DNA of 64,000 nt, taken from the NCBI GenBank assembly GCA_963702845.1, contig OY969763.1:1408001-1472000 (forward strand), given 5' to 3'. A program made the position numbers and the translations under genes. The notes under the pieces are model-generated. The model did not search any database, was not told the DNA's origin, and saw nothing but the letters and a program-made list of their open reading frames with translations. The stretch is from an uncultured Verrucomicrobiae bacterium. GTDB taxonomy: Bacteria > Verrucomicrobiota > Verrucomicrobiia > Limisphaerales > Palsa-1400. Every line of letters begins with the position of its first letter. Position 1 is the stretch's first letter. Of the stretch, positions 1-9,761 are shown in pieces.

Positions 1-534
1 TCCAACGGATTCGAGCACCGCACGGACGGTTTTGCCGGCGATAATGCCAGTTCCAGGTGACGCGGGGCGCAAGAGGATCTTGGCGCCGCCGTAGCGAGCC
101 AGAATTTCGTGCGGGATGGTCGCGTCTTTGATCGAGACGGGCGTCATGTTGTTCTTAGCCATCTCGCCACCTTTGCGGATGGCTTCGGAAACTTCCATGG
201 CTTTGCCAAGACCGAGACCGACACGACCGCGCTTGTCACCAGCGACAACGAGGGCGCTGAAGCTAAAGCGGCGACCGCCTTTGACGACCTTGGCCGAGCG
301 GTTGATGAAGACAACCTTTTCGCTCAGTTCGGAACCGCCACCTTCACCGGAACCGCCTTCGCCGGGTGCGCCAGGGCCACCGGTGCCGGGACGTTGACGA
401 CGGGGTCCGCGATTGCCGCCAGGGCCACGATTGCCACCGCCGGGTCCACGACCACCACCACCACCAGGTCCACCGCGAAAGCCACCGCCACCGCCGCGAG
501 GGCCGCCTGTATTTGTATTTGGAGTTTCAGCCAC
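1..534 (-). CDS. rpsE: 30S ribosomal protein uS5 with Gly/Arg-rich N-terminal extension (3' end outside window)
   Basis: Manual translation from GTG at 534: [22 protein letters not shown]...[32 protein letters not shown]...[22 protein letters not shown]; follows rplR. Confidence 0.95.
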   Translation of the reverse strand, partial: MAETPNTNTGGPRGGGGGFRGGPGGGGGRGPGGGNRGPGGNRGPRRQRPGTGGPGAPGEGGSGEGGGSELSEKVVFINRSAKVVKGGRRFSFSALVVAGDKRGRVGLGLGKAMEVSEAIRKGGEMAKNNMTPVSIKDATIPHEILARYGGAKILLRPASPGTGIIAGKTVRAVLESVG

Positions 535-557
535 AGTTTTTTCTCTCTTGTTACTGG

Positions 558-923
558 TTAAAATTTCAATCCGGCTTCGCGAGCGGCATCAGCCAATGCT
601 TTGACCTTGCCGTGATAAGGCGCACCGCTGCGGTCGAAGACCACGCTGGTGATACCTTTGCTCTTCGCTGCTTCAGCGGCGAAGGTGCCGATTTTTTTGG
701 CACTGGTAACGTTCGCGCCGAGCTTATCGCGATCGGGAGCGTTCTTTGCCGTGGTGCAGGCGGAAGCGACCGTCAAACGGCCTTCATCGTCAATGAACTG
801 CACGTAGATGTGCTCGTTCGTGAAACGAACGGCCATACGAGGGCGGTCTTTTGTGCCGGTAACTTTTTTGCGAATACGCCAGTGGCGCAGTTGCCGTAAT
901 TTCTGTTTTTTATCAGTTCTCAT
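558..923 (-). CDS. rplR: 50S ribosomal protein uL18
   Basis: [16 protein letters not shown] and [28 protein letters not shown] motifs; operon position. Confidence 0.97.
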   Translation of the reverse strand: MRTDKKQKLRQLRHWRIRKKVTGTKDRPRMAVRFTNEHIYVQFIDDEGRLTVASACTTAKNAPDRDKLGANVTSAKKIGTFAAEAAKSKGITSVVFDRSGAPYHGKVKALADAAREAGLKF

Positions 924-1012
924 TTTTTACGAGCCACGGATTTGGCCGTGTGCTGCTAAATTTTATATCAAAAATTGTTTCTAAATGTTGCGGCCAAGAT
1001 GGCCACACCTCA

Positions 1013-1549
1013 TTATTGAACAGTCTTGCCTTCCTTGCGGACGACATGCTCGTCGCTATAACGAACACCTTTGCCTTTGTAAGGTTCCGGCGGGTAGTAG
1101 CTGCGGAGTTCCGCGGCAACCTGGCCGACGAGCTGTTTATTCGGTCCTTCGATCGTCACCTTGGTGTTTTCTTCCACCTTCACCGTGATCTGGTCCGGTA
1201 TGGGATAATTGATCGGGTGCGAATAGCCAAGCACTAGGTTTACAACCTTGCCCTGGACAGCGGCTTTGAAACCGACGCCCTGGATTTCCAGCTTCTTGAC
1301 GAAACCTTCGCTGACGCCCTTGACCATGTTGTTCAAGATGGAGCGGCTGAGGCCGTGCAAAGCTTTGGCTTGGGCATCTTCGCCGTCGCGCGCAACAATA
1401 ATGTTGCCGTTGTCGACTTTGACGGAGGTGCGCTTGGGCAGATCGAAATCGAGCTTGCCTTTCGGACCTTCCACAAAAACTTTCTGGCCTTTGATTTCCA
1501 CCTTAACCTTAGGCGGGACTGCAACAGGCATTTTTCCGATACGTGACAT
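1013..1549 (-). CDS. rplF: 50S ribosomal protein uL6
   Basis: MSRIGKMPV...PEPYKGKGVRY. Confidence 0.98.
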   Translation of the reverse strand: MSRIGKMPVAVPPKVKVEIKGQKVFVEGPKGKLDFDLPKRTSVKVDNGNIIVARDGEDAQAKALHGLSRSILNNMVKGVSEGFVKKLEIQGVGFKAAVQGKVVNLVLGYSHPINYPIPDQITVKVEENTKVTIEGPNKQLVGQVAAELRSYYPPEPYKGKGVRYSDEHVVRKEGKTVQ

Positions 1550-1599
1550 AAAATCTTTTCAGTTACAGCGTCGTTACCTCGGCTGTTACAAAATAATGT

Positions 1600-1989
1600 T
1601 TACCAAACTACGCAAAGCATTTCTCCACCGACGTTCTTCTTCTTCGCCTCGGTACCGGTCATGATACCTTGTGAGGTCGAGAGGATGGTCGTGCCGAGAC
1701 CGCCGAGAACGCGAGGTACTTCGGTCGCACCGCTGTAGCGGCGCAGCCCAGGAGTGCTCACGCGCTTGATGCCTTCGATGACAGGAGTGCGGCCGGCATA
1801 CTTCAGCTTGAGCTTGAGCTTCTTGCTGGTCGGCTTACCGTCCACCGCCACCTCGGCGATATAACCTTCGCGCTTCAAAATATGGGCGATGCTCTCTTTG
1901 AGCTTCGAATGCGGCATTTCTGTCTCCGGCAACTGCGCGCGGCTGGCGTTGCGGATGCGCGTCAACATGTCTGAAATAGGATCCATCAT
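1600..1989 (-). CDS. rpsH: 30S ribosomal protein uS8
   Basis: MDPISDMLTRIRNA...ILSTSQGIMT...GGEMLCVVW. Confidence 0.98.
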   Translation of the reverse strand: MMDPISDMLTRIRNASRAQLPETEMPHSKLKESIAHILKREGYIAEVAVDGKPTSKKLKLKLKYAGRTPVIEGIKRVSTPGLRRYSGATEVPRVLGGLGTTILSTSQGIMTGTEAKKKNVGGEMLCVVW

Positions 1990-1991
1990 AA

Positions 1992-2261
1992 TTACCAACT
2001 TGCTTTAGTGACACCGGGGACGAGACCTTGCAACGCTGCTTCACGAAAAGTCATACGTGAGCAGCCGAACTTGCGCAGGTAACCGTGGCGGCGACCGGAC
2101 ATGGAACAACGATTGACGACGCGGGACGGACTGGCGTTGCGCGGCAGTTTGCTCAGCGCGGCATAGTCGCCCTTGGCTTTCAATTCGGCGCGAAGCGCGG
2201 CGTATTTCTTAACCGTCGCGGCTTTCTTTTTATTGCGTTCTATCCAAGATGTTTTTGCCAT
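1992..2261 (-). CDS. rpsN: 30S ribosomal protein uS14 (89-aa form without the CxxC zinc ribbon)
   Basis: [22 protein letters not shown]...PGVTKASW. Confidence 0.96.
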   Translation of the reverse strand: MAKTSWIERNKKKAATVKKYAALRAELKAKGDYAALSKLPRNASPSRVVNRCSMSGRRHGYLRKFGCSRMTFREAALQGLVPGVTKASW

Positions 2262-2270
2262 AAAAAATTA

Positions 2271-2816
2271 TTATTTTTCAGCGAACGGCATGCCCATCAT
2301 TTTCAACAGGTCGTGCGCTTCTTCGTTGCTCGTGGCGCTCGTTACGATGGTGATGTCCATCCCTTGCGTGCGCTTGATCTTGTCCAATTCGATTTCCGGG
2401 AAAATTGTCTGGTCATTGACGCCGAGCGAGTAATTGCCACGACCGTCGAACGAACGAGGCGAAACGCCACGGAAGTCACGAATACGGGGCAGGGCAGCGG
2501 CGACGAGGCGATCGAAAAATTCGTACATGACCTCTTTGCGCAGGGTGACATGGCAACCGATGGCCTGGCCTTCGCGCAATTTGAAGCTGGCGATGCTGTG
2601 GCGGGACTTGGCGATCACGGGCTTGCGGCCGGTGATGGCAGTCATGTCGCGCGCGGCGTCGTCGATTGCACCTTTTTCCAACGAGGCGCTCACGCCCATG
2701 TGGATCACGATTTTTTGGATCTTCGGGATCTGATGGACGTTCGTGTACTTCCGCTTCTCTTTAAGAGCGGGAGCAACTTCCTTCTGGTACTTTTCGTATA
2801 ATCTGGCTGTATTCAT
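2271..2816 (-). CDS. rplE: 50S ribosomal protein uL5
   Basis: ALPRIRDFRGVSPRSFDGRGNYSLG, GMDITIVT. Confidence 0.98.
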   Translation of the reverse strand: MNTARLYEKYQKEVAPALKEKRKYTNVHQIPKIQKIVIHMGVSASLEKGAIDDAARDMTAITGRKPVIAKSRHSIASFKLREGQAIGCHVTLRKEVMYEFFDRLVAAALPRIRDFRGVSPRSFDGRGNYSLGVNDQTIFPEIELDKIKRTQGMDITIVTSATSNEEAHDLLKMMGMPFAEK

Positions 2817-2856
2817 TCGCTTATTTCCGGATTTTGCCGGAGCGTTTTGTTAAAAT

Positions 2857-3123
2857 TTATTCTTTGTTAGCTTCAGCCTTACCGTGCTTGGCGTCGTGTT
2901 TGGAAGCGAGCACCACATTCGAGATGTGGATCGCAGCTTCACGCTCGATGATTGCGCCTTGCGGGTTGTTCTGATTCTTGCGCGTATGGCGTTTGACGAT
3001 TTTTACGCCTTCGACCAACACGCGGTCTTTTTTGGTGATGATTTCAAGGACTTTGCCGCGCTTGCCCAGTTCAGAACCGGCAATAACGACCACCTCATCA
3101 CCCTTTTTCACATGAAATGCCAT
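2857..3123 (-). CDS. rplX: 50S ribosomal protein uL24
   Basis: [14 protein letters not shown] motif; EAAIHISNV. Confidence 0.97.
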   Translation of the reverse strand: MAFHVKKGDEVVVIAGSELGKRGKVLEIITKKDRVLVEGVKIVKRHTRKNQNNPQGAIIEREAAIHISNVVLASKHDAKHGKAEANKE

Positions 3124-3125
3124 AA

Positions 3126-3492
3126 TTAAATAACCTCCGGCGCGAGCGAAATGATCTTCATGAACTTCATATCGCGCAGTTCGCGGGCGACCGGTCCGAA
3201 GATGCGGGTGCCGCGGGGATTCTTTTCCTTGTCGATGATAACAATCGCGTTGTTGTCGAAGCGCAGATACGAACCATCGGAACGGCGAATCTGCTTCCTC
3301 GTGCGCACGATAACTGCGTCAACGACATCGCCTTTTTTGACGGTGCCATCGGGAGCTGGCCTCTTTGATGTGCGCCTTGATGATGTCGCCGATGCCCGCA
3401 TATTTCTGGTTACGGCCAATGACGCCAATGGCCCAGGCGAGCTTCGCGCCGGTGTTATCGGCCACGTCTAAATTGGAACGAATTTGCAACAT
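3126..3492 (-). CDS. rplN: 50S ribosomal protein uL14 (one-base frameshift near 3355-3362, probable sequencing error)
   Basis: N-term [17 protein letters not shown] from ATG 3492; C-term [10 protein letters not shown]...[15 protein letters not shown]...SLAPEVI in another frame; span 367 nt = 3n+1. Confidence 0.95.
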
Positions 3493-3498
3493 AAAATC

Positions 3499-3834
3499 TT
3501 AAGCGTTAACTGGCGAAATCTGCTTGGCCTTTTCCAGGACCTGGGTTAAGCGCCAGCGCTTCAACTTCGAGAGCGGGCGGGTTTCGCGGATCAACACCAC
3601 GTCGCCAACCTGGGCTTCACGTTTTTCGTCGTGGGCGTAGAACTTTGAAAAAGCTTTGACGACTTTCTTGAATTTCGGATGCGCAAAACGGCGTTCAACA
3701 CTGACAACGATGGTCTTGTCCATTTTATTGGAAATGACCTTGCCGAGACGTTCCTTACGATGGCCGCGGTCTTCTGCGGTATCGAGTTGCGCTGCAGCCG
3801 TGCTGCCTACGTTTCCTTTTATTTCTTCGGGCAT
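3499..3834 (-). CDS. rpsQ: 30S ribosomal protein uS17
   Basis: KMDKTIVV...HDE...GDVVLIRETRPLSKLKRW. Confidence 0.97.
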   Translation of the reverse strand: MPEEIKGNVGSTAAAQLDTAEDRGHRKERLGKVISNKMDKTIVVSVERRFAHPKFKKVVKAFSKFYAHDEKREAQVGDVVLIRETRPLSKLKRWRLTQVLEKAKQISPVNA

Positions 3835-3844
3835 AGTTCCTCAG

Positions 3845-4054
3845 TTATTTCGTCTTTGCAGCGGCGGTTTTGCGCAGTTGAGTAGCGCGGGTTTCAAGGC
3901 GCGCGATATCGCGGCGCAAGTCGCGCAAACGGGCCGGCTTCTCGAGCTGGCTGCTGGCCTGTTGAAGGCGCAGATTAAATCGCTCCTGGCGAAGGTCGCG
4001 ACTTTTAGCGGTCAGCTCTTGCAATGTTAAATCTTTAATTTCGGTCATCTTCAT
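3845..4054 (-). CDS. rpmC: 50S ribosomal protein uL29
   Basis: ERFNLRLQ...LRRDIARLET; position between rplP and rpsQ. Confidence 0.95.
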   Translation of the reverse strand: MKMTEIKDLTLQELTAKSRDLRQERFNLRLQQASSQLEKPARLRDLRRDIARLETRATQLRKTAAAKTK

Positions 4055-4057
4055 ACC

Positions 4058-4477
4058 TTAGAGATCAGCGTGACGTGAAATGAATTTCGTCTTGATCGGG
4101 AGCTTGGTCGCGGCCAAACGCATGGATTCACGCGCGATCGCTTCCGGCACACCGTCCACTTCGAACAACACGTTCGCGGGACGGATGACAGCCACCCAGG
4201 ATTCAAGAGGGCCTTTGCCCTTACCCATACGGGTTTCCAACGGTTTCTTGGTAAAAGATTTTTGCGGGAAGATGCGGATCCAAACTTTGCCACGGCGCTT
4301 CATGTAGCGGGTGACAGCGACACGGGCGGCTTCGATTTGCTTGGTGTCGAGCCAGCAGCGTTCAAGGGCTTGCAGGCCGTATTCACCGAAAGCAACGGTG
4401 CCGCCGCGAATGGCGATGCCGGTCCGGCTGCCGCGGTGCATCTTGCGATATTTAACTCTGGCTGGTTGAAGTGGCAT
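4058..4477 (-). CDS. rplP: 50S ribosomal protein uL16
   Basis: QIEAARVA...[13 protein letters not shown]. Confidence 0.98.
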   Translation of the reverse strand: MPLQPARVKYRKMHRGSRTGIAIRGGTVAFGEYGLQALERCWLDTKQIEAARVAVTRYMKRRGKVWIRIFPQKSFTKKPLETRMGKGKGPLESWVAVIRPANVLFEVDGVPEAIARESMRLAATKLPIKTKFISRHADL

Positions 4478-4495
4478 GGGTCAAAAATGTTAAAT

Positions 4496-5200
4496 TTATT
4501 GTGCAGCAACAGGCGCTGGGGCAGGGGCAGGAGCCGCTACCGGGGCCGTCATTGCTTCTTTTGGTTTCTGGTCAGGCTTGAACTCGCCTTTGCAAATCCA
4601 GCACTTGATGCCGAGTTTGCCATACATCGTGTGCGCTTCGGCAAAGCCGTAATCGATGTTCGCGCGCAAGGTGTGCAGCGGAACGCGGCCTTCATGATAT
4701 TTTTCGACACGCGCGATTTCAGCGCCGCCGAGACGGCCGCCGACGCGGATCTTGATGCCTTCAGCGCCGAAATCCATGGCGACTTGAACGGACTTTTTCA
4801 TGGCGCGACGGAAGGAAACACGGCGTTCCAATTGGAGCGCGACGTTTTCAGCAACGAGCTGAGCATCGATCTCAGGCTGCTTGATTTCCATGATGTCGAC
4901 GTAAACTTCTTTGCCGGTCATCTTGCTGAGATCTTCCTTGATCTTGTCGATTTCAGCGCCTTTGCGGCCGATGACGACACCCGGACGGGCAGTGTGAATG
5001 GTGATGCGGCAGCGCGAGGCAGCGCGTTCGATGCCGATGCGCGCAACGGAAGCGCCTTCGAGTTTGCTTTTGAGAATTTCGCGAATCTTGCGGTCTTCTG
5101 CGAGGAGCTTGCCGAATTCTTTCTTTTCAGCAAACCACTTCGAGCCCCAGTCTTTAGTGACGGCGATTCGTAAACCTACTGGATTAGTTTTCTGGCCCAT
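4496..5200 (-). CDS. rpsC: 30S ribosomal protein uS3
   Basis: [36 protein letters not shown]. Confidence 0.98.
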   Translation of the reverse strand: MGQKTNPVGLRIAVTKDWGSKWFAEKKEFGKLLAEDRKIREILKSKLEGASVARIGIERAASRCRITIHTARPGVVIGRKGAEIDKIKEDLSKMTGKEVYVDIMEIKQPEIDAQLVAENVALQLERRVSFRRAMKKSVQVAMDFGAEGIKIRVGGRLGGAEIARVEKYHEGRVPLHTLRANIDYGFAEAHTMYGKLGIKCWICKGEFKPDQKPKEAMTAPVAAPAPAPAPVAAQ

Positions 5201-5202
5201 AA

Positions 5203-5556
5203 TTATTCGTCGGACAAAATGATTTTAACGTGGCAGTTGCGTTTAATGATCGGACCAGCGGAACCGCGGGCCTTGGGGGTAAAACGTTTCATGCTGGTCG
5301 CGGTGCCGGCAACGGCTTCTTTGACGCGCAGACGATCGGTCTTGAAATCGGCGTAATCCTTGTGGTTCGCCTTCAAGTCTTCGGCATTGGCCACGGCGGA
5401 ATGGAGCGTCTTGGCGACGATGCGCGCACCTTTGCGGGGCACCACGGCCAGGACTGCCTCCGCTTTGGAGGCGGGCAAACCGCGAATCTGACGCACGACT
5501 TCGCGCATTTTCTGCGCGGACATGCGAACGTTTTTTGTAATAGCCTGAACTTGCAT
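5203..5556 (-). CDS. rplV: 50S ribosomal protein uL22
   Basis: [17 protein letters not shown]...SAVANAE...PKARG. Confidence 0.95.
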   Translation of the reverse strand: MQVQAITKNVRMSAQKMREVVRQIRGLPASKAEAVLAVVPRKGARIVAKTLHSAVANAEDLKANHKDYADFKTDRLRVKEAVAGTATSMKRFTPKARGSAGPIIKRNCHVKIILSDE

Positions 5557-5558
5557 AA

Positions 5559-5840
5559 CTATTTCGCTTCGGCTTTGGCGGTGTGTGCGCCGTGTTTCTT
5601 AAAGGTTCGGGTCAAGGAAAACTCACCCAGGCGGTGGCCAACCATGTTTTCAGTGACGAACACCGGGTTAAAGACTTTGCCGTTATGCACGTTGAAGGTC
5701 AGCCCCACGAAATCGGGGGTGATCATCGAACGGCGCGACCAGGTCTTGATCGGGGACTTCGATTTGGCAGCCTTTGCCTTGTCGATCTTATCCTGCAAAT
5801 GTTGGTCAATGAATGGACCTTTTTTAATTGAGCGTCCCAT
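5559..5840 (-). CDS. rpsS: 30S ribosomal protein uS19
   Basis: [27 protein letters not shown]. Confidence 0.98.
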   Translation of the reverse strand: MGRSIKKGPFIDQHLQDKIDKAKAAKSKSPIKTWSRRSMITPDFVGLTFNVHNGKVFNPVFVTENMVGHRLGEFSLTRTFKKHGAHTAKAEAK

Positions 5841-5843
5841 AAA

Positions 5844-6698
5844 TTACTTTCTCTTCATTGGGCGACCATCACGGCGCACCAAAATAAAACGGTTAGAATA
5901 CTTGCGCTTGTTGCGAGTGCGATAGCCCTTCGCCAGCAAGCCCCAAGGTGAAGTCAATTGTTGCCAACCGCCACCTGATTTTGATTTACCTGCACCACCG
6001 CCGTTCGGGTGATCGACAGGGTTACGAGCAACACCACGGGTAATACCGCGAATGCCGCGATGACGGGAACGGCCCGCTTTACCAAGCGTGACGTTTTCGT
6101 GTTCGAGATTTCCAACCTGGCCAACCGTCGCATAGCAGCTTTCGTGAATGCGGCGAACTTCGCCTGAAGGAAGGCGAACCGTGGCATAACCTGCATCACG
6201 CGACATCAAAGTCGCTGCGCCACCGGCTGTGCGAACCATTTGAGCGCCACGGCCAGGGGTGATTTCGATGGCATGAATCGGGATACCGACAGGGATGTTC
6301 TTGAGAGGCAAGGCATTGCCGGTTTCAGGAGCCGCCGTAGGACCGCTCATCAGCTTTGTTCCGACGGTCAGACCGTTGGGAGCGATGATGTAGGTTTTTT
6401 CGCCGTCCTTATATTGAAGGAGAGCTAGGCGAGCGGTGCGAATCGGATCGTATTCGATTGCGAGAACATCAGCTTCAACACCATGTTTTTGGCGTTTGAA
6501 ATCGACGAGACGATAAAATTGTTTGTGTCCGCCGCCGATGCCGCGCGCAGTAACACGACCGTAAGCATTACGTCCGCCTGATTTTTTGCGGATTTCGATC
6601 AGGCTACGTTCTGGCCGATCCTTAGTGACCTCGTCAAACGACGCGACGGTAATATAGCGCGTCGAGGGCGTTAACGGTCTAAACGTTTTAACTGGCAT
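5844..6698 (-). CDS. rplB: 50S ribosomal protein uL2
   Basis: IEYDPIRTARLALL, GKAGRSR, RGVARNPVDHPNGGG; ATG at 6698 preferred over the upstream TTG. Confidence 0.98.
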   Translation of the reverse strand: MPVKTFRPLTPSTRYITVASFDEVTKDRPERSLIEIRKKSGGRNAYGRVTARGIGGGHKQFYRLVDFKRQKHGVEADVLAIEYDPIRTARLALLQYKDGEKTYIIAPNGLTVGTKLMSGPTAAPETGNALPLKNIPVGIPIHAIEITPGRGAQMVRTAGGAATLMSRDAGYATVRLPSGEVRRIHESCYATVGQVGNLEHENVTLGKAGRSRHRGIRGITRGVARNPVDHPNGGGAGKSKSGGGWQQLTSPWGLLAKGYRTRNKRKYSNRFILVRRDGRPMKRK

Positions 6699-6864
6699 AA
6701 AAATCAAAAAATACAAGTACAACCCACACGGGCTGCACAAATTACGCTTTTCAGCTTTTTAGCGCTTTAGCGGCTTCGGCCATTACTCCTGCGCCCAGAG
6801 GGGCGATCAGTTATCGGTCAAGCCAAGTGCTCTTACCTACCCTTCTATAGGGCGAGGAGCGCAG

Positions 6865-6892
6865 AACATACCAGAGGCAAGTAGGCGCGCAA
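6865..6892 (-). promoter_or_regulatory. Putative sigma70 promoter for the rplB-led operon
   Basis: Minus strand TTGCGC-N16-TATGTT with TG extended -10, ~165 nt upstream of the rplB ATG. Confidence 0.5.
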
Positions 6893-7091
6893 GGGTTTTT
6901 TGAAACTTTTTTTGTCTTAGTTGCCTGAGGAGTAGAAACCTCGCGATAAACTGTCATTCAGCCTTCGCTTCTTGATTCGCCCTTTTTGTATATGCGCACT
7001 ACGGTATTCACCTGTCGCAGAATCAAGGCAGCCGATCTGGAGAACTGCAAAGTTGTTGCCGTAACAGCTTTCTATTTTACAATCCACCGAT

Positions 7092-9497
7092 ATGTCACCG
7101 CAGAGGCTTGTGCCGCTTCTAGTATTCCTCTGCCTTTTCAGCGCAACTGCCGCCGACTACTCCGTCGCCTCTTTGTCAGCGGACTATGTAATTTGTGAAG
7201 GCCCACCCACCTTCATTGGGTCGCAAGGTGTGACAACGCTCCGCGTCGGCGCCAACAACAATAACGGCTCTGCAAGCGGCCGCAATGCGGTGATGATTTT
7301 TTCGATGCCTCTGCTCGCCGCAGGCGAACAAGTGTCGAGCGCATCGCTAGGTGTCAACGTTGCCGGGCGTTCGGGTTCGCCGAGTTTTAATGTAGACCTG
7401 TGGGGCATCGGTTTTCAGTCCAATACAACCGCCGTCGCAAAATATTTCGAGGCGAACACTGGTGATGTCGGGAATATCAAATTGCAAGACGATGTCATTA
7501 CCCCAGGTTTTTCCACTGGCGATGTGACCCTAACGAATCACGCCGGGTTGGCTGCGTATCTACAAAGTTTTTATGTGGCAAACTCGAACTACTCCGGCGG
7601 CTCTTATGTTTTTTTGCGGCTGAATCCTGACGCGGACTCGGGGGCCACCAGTCTTGGTTGGAGTATTTCCGCCGCCGAATCCGGCACTCCAGCCATTCTG
7701 ACGATTTCCACTGTGGGCGGGCCAACCAATGTGCCGCCGACGATCACCGTGCAACCTCAAGACCAACTGGTGATGCCGGCATCGAATGTTTCTTTTACGG
7801 TCGCCGCGACTGGACCTGGAACGCTGAGCTACCGCTGGAGTTTCAACGGGGCGCCAATGAGCGATGGCGGGCGAATTAGCGGTACGACGTTTCCGGCGCT
7901 TGATATCAATTCGGTGATGACGAACGACACAGGAAGTTATTCGGTCGTTGTGTCGAATGAGTTCGGCGCGGTCACCAGTTCGGTGGCCACACTGAAAGTC
8001 CTTGAGCCCACCACCAACAATTACACCAATATCATTGTCCTGATCAGCGACGATCAACGCTGGGATTCGGTTGGCGTCGTGCAGCGTGAAATGGGTGTTT
8101 CAGGCCGATTTCCATGGTTCACGAATGGCACGCCGAACATCGATCGAATCGCCACCGAAGGTCTGCGGTTCCGGAACGCGTTTGTGGGATGCTCGTTGTG
8201 CTCGCCGAGTCGCGCATCGATTTTGACCGGGAGTTACAATCACTTGAACGGGGTCATCAATAACAATACGGTATTTCCGACGAGCTCCGTTACGTATGCC
8301 ACCCAGCTCCAGGAGGCGGGCTATGTCACCGCCATGGTCGGAAAGTGGCACATGGGAAGCCAAACCGCGCGACCGGGATTTACATTTGCCGCCAGCTATG
8401 TCGGGCAGGGGAATTACAGCAACCAAACCTTTTTGGTGAACGGCGTTTCGACGCCGACGACAGGTTGGGTCGATGACGTTGCTACAGATTTCGCCCTCGG
8501 GTTTATCAGCACCAATATCAACAAACGTTTTGCCTTGCACCTCGGTTACAAGAGCACGCATGGCCCGAATGATTTTCCGTCCTGGTCCGGTAGTCTTTTC
8601 ACGAGTTCGGTGAGCCGTGATGTGCCGAACCTCGACGTGCCGCCTCCCTATCGGTCGAACGTTGTGGCAAACAGTGAGTCGGCCAAGCGCGACTATCACC
8701 GGTGCCTGACCGCGATGGACGTGGACGTTGGGCGCATCCTCGATTACCTCGACCAAACCGGCCTTGCGACAAACACCCTCATAATCTTCTTGGGTGACAA
8801 CGGCTATTATCTTGGTGAACACGGTTTGGGTGACAAACGCTCCTTCTATGACGAGAGCTGGCGGGTTCCATTGATTGTGCGTTACCCTCGTCTGATCACC
8901 CAACCGTTCGTGAGAAATGAACTGGTGATGAACATCGATATCGCGCCCACCATTCTCGACATCGCCGGCGTCGCTATCCCGCCCGATATGCAGGGCAAAA
9001 GTTGGCGGCCTTTGTTCAATGCCGGGTCCGTGCCCGATTGGCGGCAAAGCATCCTTGGCGAATACATTCTTGAGAACGGCTATACCATTCCAACCACCGT
9101 CGCCGTCCGGACGACGACCTCGAAAATGGTTCTTTGGCCCGGCAATCCATCTTGGGCGGAAATGTTCGATTTGGCGACCGACCCTTATGAAGTCACAAAT
9201 TTGTTCAACAATCCGGCGAAGGCAGCTATGCGCGACAGCTTGCACTCGGAGTTGAACCGACTCTCAACGCAATTCAGACTGTCGGTAACGTTGACGAATG
9301 CCGTGCGCGCAGCCGGCAATTTTCAACTCACATTGAGCGGCGGGATCGGGCCACGCTATCAACTCCAGAAAACCACCAACTTGCAATCCTGGACTTCAGT
9401 GACAGAGGTTAAAATGACCAGCGGCCAAATGACCGCAGCGGATACGAACGGAGCCGCCCCGAGCCAACTCTATCGCGCCGAATGGATCGGCGATTAG
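7092..9497 (+). CDS. Secreted multidomain formylglycine-dependent (S1) sulfatase: signal peptide, beta-rich N-domain, Ig domain, sulfatase domain, C-terminal domain
   Basis: SDDQR, CSPSRAS, GKWH and GDNGYYLGEHGLGDKR motifs; PTITVQPQ...LSYRW...GSYSVVVSN Ig repeat; hydrophobic N-terminus. Confidence 0.92.
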   Translation: MSPQRLVPLLVFLCLFSATAADYSVASLSADYVICEGPPTFIGSQGVTTLRVGANNNNGSASGRNAVMIFSMPLLAAGEQVSSASLGVNVAGRSGSPSFNVDLWGIGFQSNTTAVAKYFEANTGDVGNIKLQDDVITPGFSTGDVTLTNHAGLAAYLQSFYVANSNYSGGSYVFLRLNPDADSGATSLGWSISAAESGTPAILTISTVGGPTNVPPTITVQPQDQLVMPASNVSFTVAATGPGTLSYRWSFNGAPMSDGGRISGTTFPALDINSVMTNDTGSYSVVVSNEFGAVTSSVATLKVLEPTTNNYTNIIVLISDDQRWDSVGVVQREMGVSGRFPWFTNGTPNIDRIATEGLRFRNAFVGCSLCSPSRASILTGSYNHLNGVINNNTVFPTSSVTYATQLQEAGYVTAMVGKWHMGSQTARPGFTFAASYVGQGNYSNQTFLVNGVSTPTTGWVDDVATDFALGFISTNINKRFALHLGYKSTHGPNDFPSWSGSLFTSSVSRDVPNLDVPPPYRSNVVANSESAKRDYHRCLTAMDVDVGRILDYLDQTGLATNTLIIFLGDNGYYLGEHGLGDKRSFYDESWRVPLIVRYPRLITQPFVRNELVMNIDIAPTILDIAGVAIPPDMQGKSWRPLFNAGSVPDWRQSILGEYILENGYTIPTTVAVRTTTSKMVLWPGNPSWAEMFDLATDPYEVTNLFNNPAKAAMRDSLHSELNRLSTQFRLSVTLTNAVRAAGNFQLTLSGGIGPRYQLQKTTNLQSWTSVTEVKMTSGQMTAADTNGAAPSQLYRAEWIGD

Positions 9498-9761
9498 GAA
9501 CGAAAGCGCCCTGCGTCGCCGCTGTGCGATGCAGTGAAATCCCGTCAGGGCGTGACCTGTTTATAGAACTTTATTGTGAAGTTCTGGGTTCAGTCGGTGA
9601 GGGCAAGGTTCTACGCAGGGATTACAGCCTCATCGAGACCTCATTGTCACCGTATCGAAAATGCAGCCGAATAAACCTGCTATGAATTGCCCATTGCTGT
9701 CGCACGTGCAATCGAATTGAACCAAGCTGAAGCTGACAAAAGCGGTGTTTACAAAACGCCC

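Noticed and set aside
3126..3492. Programmed frameshifting or pseudogene in rplN and nuo genes
   Set aside because: No consistent slippery motif, the genes are essential, and indels are numerous; sequencing error is simpler.
9503..9630. Degenerate REP-like element between the sulfatase and delta-60 genes
   Set aside because: Only a weak CGCCCTG/CAGGGCG inverted pair and no second copy in the window.
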